Below the pieces are notes generated by a model. That model was not told the DNA's origin and did not search any database. It was given only the letters and a program-made list of their open reading frames with translations. Shown here piece by piece: positions 1 to 8,484 of a stretch of 64,000 bases of DNA. Within the stretch, counting starts at the first letter, position 1. Every line of letters starts with the position of its first letter. A program made the position numbers and the translations under genes. Where the stretch lies: contig CP060760.1 in NCBI GenBank assembly GCA_023205875.1, forward strand, positions 62,001-126,000, written 5' to 3'. The stretch comes from Chloropicon primus. Taxonomy: Eukaryota.

Positions 1-246
1 GAAGGACTCCTTGAAGTGGAGCCCCGATCCCACAAAGTCGTCCTCCTCGCACCACCCTTGGCTGCTCATCAGGGCGTACGCTCCGGTAAGGACGGGAAGG
101 CAAAGAACGAGTATCGCATACTTTCTTCTCGACGATTCCTTGGAAGAGGGTCTGGTGTGGTGCTTCTCTTCACCGTTCCCTTGCATCCCGCCGCCCTCGT
201 AGCCAGAGGCACCATGGTCCACAACCCTCCTGATCTCGGTCGGCAT
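1..246 (-). CDS. 5' part of a putative type II membrane protein (runs off the window start)
   Basis: The frame is open from ATG at 246 to base 1: MPTEIRRVVDHG...SSRRKYAILVLCLPVLTGAYALMSSQGWCEEDDF.... Basic residues are followed by one hydrophobic segment. No family recognised. Confidence 0.4.
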   Translation of the reverse strand, partial: MPTEIRRVVDHGASGYEGGGMQGNGEEKHHTRPSSKESSRRKYAILVLCLPVLTGAYALMSSQGWCEEDDFVGSGLHFKESF

Positions 247-710
247 GGTCCTCGACTCAAACTCCAGCCAAGAGGACCTCCACTACCTCCAAGATGAGAT
301 CTTGGTCGTACTCCAACTCCAACCCCGATCCCCAGGTGTCAGTCTCTGGGGCTTCGGTTCTCAATCAAACAAGATTCCAAGGGGGGAGCGTGGACATCTG
401 GCAAGGCTCTTGCAAGGTCCTTCCCCTTGGATGCGGAGCCTCTGTGCTCGTCCTCCCCCTGCTTCGGGTGGAACAAAGTCAGTTCAGACCTCTGCTCAAT
501 CCCCACCCGGTTTGGGTTATGGTCCAAGATCAGGAGGAACAAGCTGGAGAGCGGAGGAGCTTGGGAGGGGAGAAAGGGGGGGGGTTGGCCGGTGCCAGGG
601 TGAATGGTGGGCGTCGTGTCGTGGCGAGGATCCCCTCTAGATCGGGGATTCTTCTTTGGATCCTTCTTGTGGACAAGTAAAATACACTAAAGAGGAAGAT
701 GGAGGTCACA

Positions 711-2474
711 TCACATTTCACTGGACATGAAGGCACTCCAAGCTTGGTTGGTGAGGTCGAATAAATAATCGGCGACATAAATTTGCTCCGTGGTTCCACC
801 CTTCTGCTTCACCTTGTCTGGGTGCATGATGATCATGGCCTTCCTGTACTGCTTCTTCACCTGAGCTGGGTTCATCAGGTCCATCATGCTCACCTCCTTC
901 CAGCCGGAATCCTCCCACAGAACATGCTGAAGGGTGGACAAGAGGGCCCTGATGTTGTCCGACTTGCCTTTGCTCCAGGCGTCCAGCTTGGGTCCCATGT
1001 ACTGCGCCAGCTCCGACCTCTCGGCCTTCTCCATGGCCTCTATCGTCTCCCTCTCTCGCGCCTCCTCGAGGGCTTGAGCCATCCTCATTTGCACCTTTGC
1101 GAGCCTCTTCATGCGGAGCTCCTTCCTGAGCTCCGGTTCGTTTGGGTCGATCTCCTCCTCTCTGAAGGTCGGGGCCGCGGAAGACGCCGCGGACGATGGG
1201 CCCCCGAGACCCATCCCAAAGTCGATGCCCCCCGTGGTGCACACGCTAGGCTGGTGAGTGGTGCCGAAGATGTCGTCGATCACCTGGGGCCCGCCTTGAG
1301 AGTTGGCGGCATCCGTGCCCCTTGTAGCTTCCTGCGGGGGGGCGCCTCCCGTTGCCCCCATCAGGTCCTCCAGGCTCGTGAAACCTTTGTCCTCCGCCTG
1401 CTGGGGTTCTGCAGCAGCCTGGTCGTTGCTCTCCGCGGGCGCGGAGAACATACCAAGCAAGTCTTCCTCCGGGGACTGCACGCTGGGCTCTGCCCCTGGC
1501 GCCGACAGCCCACCCATCACCGCTTCAAGGCTTTCCGCCCCGTTTGGGTCCTTGGCTTCCTGGAAGCTCCCGGCACCCCCCATGCCAAGGAAGTCCTCCA
1601 GCCTGTCGACCTCCTGGTGCTTGGGAGAAGCCGGGACGGCGACTTCGTCTTCGGCGGTACCCCGGTCGCCGGCGGAGGGCTCCCCGCCGTCTTCCGCCTC
1701 AGCGGAGTCGTTCAGGGCCGCCTCCTTGTCGAGGACCACGAAATCTTCGCCGACGACGTCCGCGGTGTACGGGTTTGCGCTGGAACCAACCAGGTCGTCC
1801 ATCCCCAGAAGGTTGACGCTGCTGTTGTCCTTGACGGTGTCGAAGCGGTCCTCCGCCACAGCACCAGCCGCTGGCGAGGACGGCGAGAGGTTGAGGGCGT
1901 CCAGGTCGAAAGCCCCGCCGGTTGCCGCCATCGTTGGGCTCTCACTCATGCCCACTCCAAGACCTTGCGTGGCCCCAGTCGCAATACTCCCGAGGTTGAA
2001 GGGGTCCCCCTGCACCTCAGCCGTCACCGCCGTGGGCGTCGACGGTCCCGAAGAGCCCAAGCTTCCCATCCCGAAGATGTCGTCCACGCTCGAGGCTGCG
2101 GACAACTTCGCCGCCGGGTTCAAGTTCGCGTTCACGTTCACGTTCATCGCCATTCCCAAAGGAGGCTTGCCCAAGTGACTCGTCGCCTTGTGGGAGCCGG
2201 CGCTGCTTCCTGGAAAGAAGTCGTCCAAGGGGTCGAAGGAACCGTAAGGGCTGGTCACTGGGTTCACCGTCTGACTCTGTGACTTGCCGAAAGCAAGCGG
2301 CACGCTCCTCTCCGTCGGCGACAACCCTTGCGATGTCGACGACGACGGCACCGGACCCGACGACGCCTTTCTCATGGGCGCTGACCTTTTACTGTTGTCG
2401 CTCACACCCATTTCGGCCAAGGAGTCCGACAATAAGTTCGTCAAGGCATCGTTTGCCATCTTCCCCGTCACCAT
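711..2474 (-). CDS. Auxilin-like protein (C-terminal J domain, clathrin uncoating co-chaperone)
   Basis: The C-terminus NIRALLSTLQHVLW...VKKQYRKAMIIMHPDK...AWSAF is the auxilin-type J domain. The disordered N-terminal part has DPF/DLL/DDIF-type motifs. The start is ATG 2474 or 2459; the longer ORF extends into a tandem repeat. Confidence 0.9.
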   Translation of the reverse strand: MVTGKMANDALTNLLSDSLAEMGVSDNSKRSAPMRKASSGPVPSSSTSQGLSPTERSVPLAFGKSQSQTVNPVTSPYGSFDPLDDFFPGSSAGSHKATSHLGKPPLGMAMNVNVNANLNPAAKLSAASSVDDIFGMGSLGSSGPSTPTAVTAEVQGDPFNLGSIATGATQGLGVGMSESPTMAATGGAFDLDALNLSPSSPAAGAVAEDRFDTVKDNSSVNLLGMDDLVGSSANPYTADVVGEDFVVLDKEAALNDSAEAEDGGEPSAGDRGTAEDEVAVPASPKHQEVDRLEDFLGMGGAGSFQEAKDPNGAESLEAVMGGLSAPGAEPSVQSPEEDLLGMFSAPAESNDQAAAEPQQAEDKGFTSLEDLMGATGGAPPQEATRGTDAANSQGGPQVIDDIFGTTHQPSVCTTGGIDFGMGLGGPSSAASSAAPTFREEEIDPNEPELRKELRMKRLAKVQMRMAQALEEARERETIEAMEKAERSELAQYMGPKLDAWSKGKSDNIRALLSTLQHVLWEDSGWKEVSMMDLMNPAQVKKQYRKAMIIMHPDKVKQKGGTTEQIYVADYLFDLTNQAWSAFMSSEM

Positions 2475-2625
2475 GGTGATCACTTCACAGGGATCACACC
2501 ACACCACACCACACCAGCGCCTCTCTCTCCTCCCTTCTCCCTCCTCCCTCGCCCTGCAGTTGCCCTCCTCGTGCGCCACCGGCAGCCACTTTTTGAGGTC
2601 TCGGGTGGAACAAACCCAACCCAAC

Positions 2626-3062
2626 CCAGCCTCCTCACCAGGATGGGACTGGACTGGACTGGATGATGATGATGATGATGGATCGATCAAGGGGGAGGGA
2701 GGGAGGACAGGAGGACAGGGAACAACATTGCTGGGTCCTGGAGGCTCTCGAGGCTCTCACATACTCTCAATCAAGCTCGCCATCCAGCCTCCTCACCAGG
2801 ATGGGACTGGACTGGACTGGACTGGATGATGATGATGATGATGGATCGATCAAGGGGGAGGGAGGGAGGACAGGAGGACAGGGAACAACATTGCTGGGTC
2901 CTGGAGGCTCTCGAGGCTCTCACATACTCTCAATCAAGCTCGCCATCCAGCCTCCTCACCAGGATGGGACTGGACTGGACTGGACTGGATGATGATGGTG
3001 ATGATGGATCGATCAAGGGGGAGGAAGGAGGGAGGACAGGAGGACAGGGAACAACATTGCTC
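2626..3062. repeat. Tandem repeat, ~160-bp unit, about 2.7 copies
   Basis: The unit begins CCAGCCTCCTCACCAGGATGGGACT at 2626, 2784 and 2947. Copies differ in the (GGACT)n and (GAT)n tracts and by small substitutions or indels. Confidence 0.95.
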
Positions 3063-3266
3063 TCTCGCTCAAGATCTCCATCCATCCATCCACCCAGGAC
3101 GAGAGGTCTCGGACCCCGAAAGCCAGTGGTGCGGGGAACGGGCGGCAGGAATGAATTGAATGAACCACAAAGAACAAAGTGCAAAATGGATGAACAAGGC
3201 AAAGAATTGATTTACAGGCGAGGGCAGACTAACTTCCTCTTGTGGGTTGTGGCCGCGATCGAGCCA

Positions 3267-4440
3267 CTAGAGGGCCTCCATGGAAGCCTGAGAAGAATTG
3301 GGTTGAGTCGTTGTCTCCGGCGGGGTGCCGTACTTCCTTCCTCGTTTGATGATGCTCTTGTACTCCTTTGACCTCGACCACTCCTCGATCTCCCTGGCCC
3401 TCATCACAGGCAGCGGATGCGTGAGCTGGCTCACCTGAGCGTTCCTCAGGTACCACCCGAGGGGGGAGGAGGTCGCCTCGTCGTAAGACTTGGCTTGCTT
3501 GATGAAGGCGTCGACATTCAAGCGGCTCGAGAGGGTCGGAGAGCCCCCAGCAAGCTTCATGAGCGTGGAGATGACGACCTTGTGGTCCTGGGCGACGACC
3601 AGGGCTGCCCTGTCGCATGTCAGCTCCGCAGACCTCAGCCACCGCAAGAACTGCTCCTGGATGGACGACGAGATCATGGGCAGCAAGGAAATAGCGCCCA
3701 AGGCCAGCAAGTTTGCAGTGGTGAGCCAAATCCCGTGGTTGCACTTCAAGTGCCCCAGCTCGTGAGCGAGGACGCACTGGGAGAGAAAGAGAGAGAGAGA
3801 GGCGGAGAGAGTGAGCGGCGTGTCAGAAAAGAAATCGTCTCGTCTCGTCGGACGTTTCGTGCCTCACCTGAACCTCCGCCGGGCTGAGCGTGTCGACCAG
3901 GCTCGTGTGCATCACGATGAAGGGCTTCCTTCCCTTGATGGCCAGCGTGTACGCGTTCGGGACAGGGTCCTGCCGGATGTAAAGCTCCGGGACTTCCACC
4001 TGCAGCAGGCTCGCCGCGTCGCAAAGGAGCCTGTAGATGTCCGGCAGCTGGTCCTTGGAGACCAGCACGGACGTCCCGATGTTCTCCAGAAGAGCAATCT
4101 CCTCGGACATCGGGCTCATCATGGCCTTGACGACGCCCTCGATCCCCGGAAGCAAGGAGATCAGCTGGGTGTTCTGCCTGTCCAGAGGGTGCCTGAGCTC
4201 GTCCTCCCTCAAGTTCGGGATGTGCTTCACCCTCCTCTCCCCTATCGTTCGGAAGAGGCTCGATTCCCCCTTCCCTCCTCCGTCCCTCTCGCTCGTGCTC
4301 ACCCCCTCGTCGCCCGATCCCCCTACAGCACCCTCCCTCCCGCTCCTCCTCCTCCATCCCTCCCCCCTCCTCCTCCCCACAACACCGCCACCCCTCAACA
4401 CAACACGCATACGCATACGCATACGCATACGCATACGCAT
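3267..4440 (-). CDS. M48 family zinc metallopeptidase (plastoglobule PGM48-like), 2 exons
   Basis: Exons are 4440-3868 and 3776-3267, with a GT-AG intron at 3867-3777. Splicing gives ...PVPNAYT...AEVQ|CVLAHELGHLKC, restoring HEXXH. Also contains RHPLD, AELTCDRAALVV and THP. The start lies in an (ATGCGT)6 repeat and is uncertain. Confidence 0.9.
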
Positions 4441-4774
4441 CGTCTCCGAAACCTCTTCCTCCTCCTCGCCGCTCTTGTCCTCGTCCTCGCCGCTCTTGTC
4501 CTCGCCGCTCTTGTCTTCGTCGTCCTCGTCGCCCTCGTCGTCGTCGTCGTCGCTTCCCGCCACGACGCTCTCCTTTCTGAGCCACAAATATCTCCAGTTT
4601 TTTGGCGCCAAGGGCAAGAAGGTGAGTGCGTGATGATCGTTTCGATGAATTGCGGGACGCGGGGGGAGAGGGGACGGAGTGGCGGGGGCATTGGTCGACG
4701 CGTCGTCTCTTCCTCTTTCGTTTGAGCGGTCGCATGACGCGAACGGAGTTCTGAAGCGGACGGAAGGAACTGAA

Positions 4775-5737
4775 ATGGTCTCAAGTTGTGTTGGTGTTTC
4801 AGGATCGAGAGCGATGAGAGGAGTGACGGTCGGAGGGAAGGCGCCTCGTGTGGTGGAGGGGAGGAGGCAGAGGCGCGGCGTGGCGAGGGATACGAGGGTC
4901 AAGGTGTCGAGCGCGGAGCGGGCCTCCGGCGTGGGAAGCGGCTCGACCGCGGCGGACCGTTACGTGGCCATGAACCGGTTCAGGGTCCAGGAGAGGAAGG
5001 AGGGTGCGGACGCCAAGTTCGAGAAGAGGTGGGCGGAGAGGCCTTCGAGGCTGGCGACGATGGATGGATTTCGCTGGTTCGCACTCTTTCGCCGCGTGAA
5101 CAGGGACGGGAGCCCGCTGGACGAGGAGGCCCACGCGGACTACAACTACACTAGCATGACGCTGTGGGAGGACAAGGAGACATTCAAGGTCTGGAGGGAG
5201 GGCGACGTCTTCAAGGAGGCGCACGGCGGCGGGAACATCAAGGGAATACTGGACATGCTCATCAGCAGTGCCCAGACCCTGAAGGGGAAGCCAAAGCTCT
5301 TGCTGGCCAACGCGTACAAGACGTCCTCCGTCTCGGTGAGCGAGAGCGACCTGCCGAAGATGGCCGGGGGGTGGCGCGAGCTCGTGGCCGACGGGGTGAA
5401 CCTGCTCGAGCCCGAGTGCTTCATGGCGGCGAACGACTTTGTGGTGACCTCGGGGCAGGAGGAGGCTTTCCTCGAGGAGGCGAACGCAAAGATCATTGAG
5501 AAGGCGAGGACGTTCCCGGGCTTCCGATTCGGGACGGTGCTGAACGCGGACAACAACAGCAGCGAGGAGGGCGACGTCTACGCCACGGCCACGGTGTGGG
5601 ACGACCAGGCGTCGTGGGAAGCCTTTGCCGGGGAGGACGGGGCGAAGGCCGGGGTGTCGAAGAACGTGGCGGCGAAGGACCCGTTCCCAAGGTACTTTGA
5701 AGGGAAACTTGTATTGACCACGCAGAAGGGGGCTTAA
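4775..5737 (+). CDS. IsdG/HmoA-type heme-degrading monooxygenase with two ABM domains, probably plastid-targeted
   Basis: YVAMNRFRV...FEKRWAERPSRL...GF...TLWEDKETFKVWREGDVFKEAHG retains the IsdG Asn/Trp/His triad. A second ABM-like domain (FMAANDFVV...FPGF...TVWDDQASW) follows. The N-terminus is Arg/Ser/Val-rich and transit-peptide-like. Confidence 0.8.
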   Translation: MVSSCVGVSGSRAMRGVTVGGKAPRVVEGRRQRRGVARDTRVKVSSAERASGVGSGSTAADRYVAMNRFRVQERKEGADAKFEKRWAERPSRLATMDGFRWFALFRRVNRDGSPLDEEAHADYNYTSMTLWEDKETFKVWREGDVFKEAHGGGNIKGILDMLISSAQTLKGKPKLLLANAYKTSSVSVSESDLPKMAGGWRELVADGVNLLEPECFMAANDFVVTSGQEEAFLEEANAKIIEKARTFPGFRFGTVLNADNNSSEEGDVYATATVWDDQASWEAFAGEDGAKAGVSKNVAAKDPFPRYFEGKLVLTTQKGA

Positions 5738-5781
5738 GCTTAGGAGGAGGAGGAGACGGAGAGGGAGAGAGTTTTTGTTCT

Positions 5782-5800
5782 TGTAACAGGATTTTGTAAT
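5782..5800 (+). promoter_or_regulatory. Chlorophyte-type TGTAA polyadenylation signals (example)
   Basis: TGTAA occurs shortly after many stop codons (~5782, 5796, 8380, 11912, 28331, 38550, 51796), and TTACA after minus-strand genes (3212, 12681, 29849). Confidence 0.7.
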
Positions 5801-5857
5801 TTTCAATGAAAAAAAGGGGGGGTTAAACTTGAGCACAAAAAAAAACGAAACGGCCGA

Positions 5858-7171
5858 TCAAGGAAGCTCGGTGGCCGTGAAGGTGCACATGAGAGGCTGG
5901 ACGAACTGGCAGCCAAACTCGTCGCGGTTCTCAGGGACCTGCCACAAGGTCATGCCGTCGAGGCCGTACCCGATGGACTCGGCCCCCTTGTCGGTGAAGC
6001 CGCCGACCGGGGTGACGCTGCTCATGGAGGCGAGGTCAAAGGCGCCGTCGAGGGTGTACTCGAAGGGCCCGGCGTACGTCTGGACAACGGCCTTGTGCCC
6101 CTGGGGGTGCACGTCCATTCCGGTGACGGACCAGTGGAGCTTCTCCTCCGGGCACCCCAGGTTGCTGGCGAAGCAAGGCGGGGACAGGACGGAGATCTGC
6201 TCGACGGGAACCTCCCTGAAGAACTCGGTGGAGTCCGTCTGGATGAGGCTGTCGCTCTCGAAGACCCTCGCGGAGGACCCGGTCGTCTTCTCGATGAGCC
6301 AGAACTTGGACCCGTCGGGGGCCACGGAGAAGGCCTCCGAGTCCATCTTGGCGCCCTCCGGGTACTTGAACTCGAAGACCCAAGCGTCGTTCGGCGCGAC
6401 AAAGTTCTCGATCAGGAACTTGTGGTCGGCCGCGCACTTCTTGAGCTCCTCGAGCTGCTCGGGGGTGGGCCCATCCCCGTTGCCGTACCTTGCGTCGCCG
6501 TTGATGTTGTAGTGCCTGGGGTCGCTCCTGGCGTTGTGGAAGCGCTCGTGAGCGTCATCCCCGACTCCCCTGCCGCTCCTGGCCTGGTTCACGATCCAGG
6601 ACAGGTACCCGGCCCTCGGGCCGGACTGCCTGCGGGAGTACTGCTGGAGCCTCCTCCCCGCAAAGTCGCCGTCCTCCTCCTCCTCGAGGGGGTCGTTGAA
6701 CACCACGATCGGGTTCACGGGGGGCTCGACCACCGCGTACACGAACTTGGAGTCCCTCGCCAGGGAGTTGTCCCCGATGTCTGCAATCCAAAGGCACAGC
6801 CTGCCGCTGCCGTCCGGGCACTCGGCGGAGGAGATGTCCTCCCAGTCCCCGTCCCCGGATGCCGGCTTGATGTAGTCAGGCAGGGACAGCGTGCTCACCA
6901 CGAGGCCCTCCTGGCCCGGGTTCGTGGTGATCGCGGTAAGCTTCTGAGGCATCCCGTCGTTGTGGGACCAGAGCACGTTGGGATGCTTTCTCGAGACCGC
7001 AATCCCGCTCGCCTCCTGCAGCATGTCCGTCTTGAGCGGGAAGTTGAGCCCCTCCCTGTACACGCCCTCGCACTCGCGAGCCATGTCGCTGAAGAACGCC
7101 GTCTGAGCGCTCACCCCCATCGAGGCCGCGAGCACGGAGGCCGCAATCACTGCTGCTGCTGTGCCCTTCAT
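5858..7171 (-). CDS. Secreted putative beta-propeller protein of bacterial type
   Basis: Signal peptide MKGTAAAVIAASVLAASMGVSA. Motifs EASGIAVSRKHPNVLWSHND, DWEDIS, LWIADIGDN, DSEAF, TGMDV and AESIGY match an uncharacterised bacterial family as recalled. Confidence 0.7.
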   Translation of the reverse strand: MKGTAAAVIAASVLAASMGVSAQTAFFSDMARECEGVYREGLNFPLKTDMLQEASGIAVSRKHPNVLWSHNDGMPQKLTAITTNPGQEGLVVSTLSLPDYIKPASGDGDWEDISSAECPDGSGRLCLWIADIGDNSLARDSKFVYAVVEPPVNPIVVFNDPLEEEEDGDFAGRRLQQYSRRQSGPRAGYLSWIVNQARSGRGVGDDAHERFHNARSDPRHYNINGDARYGNGDGPTPEQLEELKKCAADHKFLIENFVAPNDAWVFEFKYPEGAKMDSEAFSVAPDGSKFWLIEKTTGSSARVFESDSLIQTDSTEFFREVPVEQISVLSPPCFASNLGCPEEKLHWSVTGMDVHPQGHKAVVQTYAGPFEYTLDGAFDLASMSSVTPVGGFTDKGAESIGYGLDGMTLWQVPENRDEFGCQFVQPLMCTFTATELP

Positions 7172-7467
7172 CCTGGCTCGATCACGACAGAGATCCTCTC
7201 TCCTGCTGGTGCTGGTGCTGGAAACAATAACAATGCGTCCGTCGGTGGTGTGTGAAGCACTTCGTTCAGTCGGGGTTTGCGCGCCGCCTGCTCCGTGGTT
7301 CTGACAACAAACACCAACACTCCATCCATGCGAAAACACAGAACTCGGGCGTTAAACTTTCTTCTTGGTTTTTTCTTGGACGTTTTCTCTCCGTTTTCTC
7401 GGAGACGTCAACTCATTCCGAGTGCAAAGACGCCTACACTTTTTTTCGACTCGATCATCATCATCAG

Positions 7468-7500
<33 letters not shown>

Positions 7501-7631
7501 GACGCGACCTACGCTGCCTGGACCGCCGCTCCCCCTTGCCCTTGGTGCTCGCCCTCCGCGGACAACAACCCTCGCCGGATTTCATCGCGCCGCTTCATCG
7601 CATTGCAGTATCGAAAGGAGAGGCAGAAAGG

Positions 7632-8284
7632 ATGGGACGGCCGAGTGGTTCTGATGGGGAGGTGCCTTCCCTTCCTCCGACGAGACGGGCGACGACGACG
7701 TGCGGGGACGGGGAAAGGATCAAGGCGGAGCTCGAGTTCGTGCAGCTCCTGGCCAACCCCCAGTATCTCAACTGTGAGTTCAGCAACGACAAAACAAAAC
7801 AAAAAAACTGCTGCTGACCACTGCACCCTCCTCCTTGCTCTTCCGATGATGATGATGATGATGTTGATGATGTTGCTGCTGCTGACGATCCAAAGACCTC
7901 GCTCAGAACAACTACTTTGCGGATCCCGCGTTCGTGAACTACCTCGAGTACCTGAGGTACTGGCGCAGGCCCGAGTACGCCAAGTGCCTCATGTAAGTGT
8001 CAGCCCATCTTGTCTTCTTCTTCTTCTTCTTGTTCTTCTCCCAGTTTTGTTTTGTTTTGTTTTGTTTTTCCTGGCCTAAACTAAAACCTGGCCTTCTTTT
8101 CGGCTTTTTGCCCAACCGCAGCTTCCCGCAGTGCTTGTACTTCCTGGAGCTGCTCCAGGACAAGGGGTTCAGGGACCTCCTGCTGAACAACAACGTCATC
8201 GAGTGGCTCCACCACCAGCAGTACCACTTCTGGTGCAAGCACGGGGCTCGGGGCACGCAGCCCGCCCAGCAGGAGACTACCTGA
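7632..8284 (+). CDS. MED31: Mediator subunit 31 (SOH1), 3 exons
   Basis: Exons 7632-7773, 7896-7992 and 8122-8284 have GT-AG introns with consistent phases. They give [60 protein letters not shown]. Confidence 0.95.
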
Positions 8285-8484
8285 CCTGGCCCGCCTCTCG
8301 GGCTTTGTCCTATTATATTCTATTGCTACGTGTGATGCACGCAGGCAAAGTCGCGCTCTCTTGCGTGTACTACTACTAATGTAACGGTTGTTTAGAAGAA
8401 GAAGAAAAAAAAAAAAGAGAGAGAGAGAGAGTCTTCGTTCCTCGATCAGGATCGCGAAATCCTAATTCCTCCTCCTCCTCCTCC

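Noticed and set aside
2626..3062. Tandem repeat as a CRISPR array or snoRNA cluster
   Set aside because: There are no unique spacers, no cas genes and the context is eukaryotic. The TGATGA words come from a (GAT)n microsatellite and have no matching D box.
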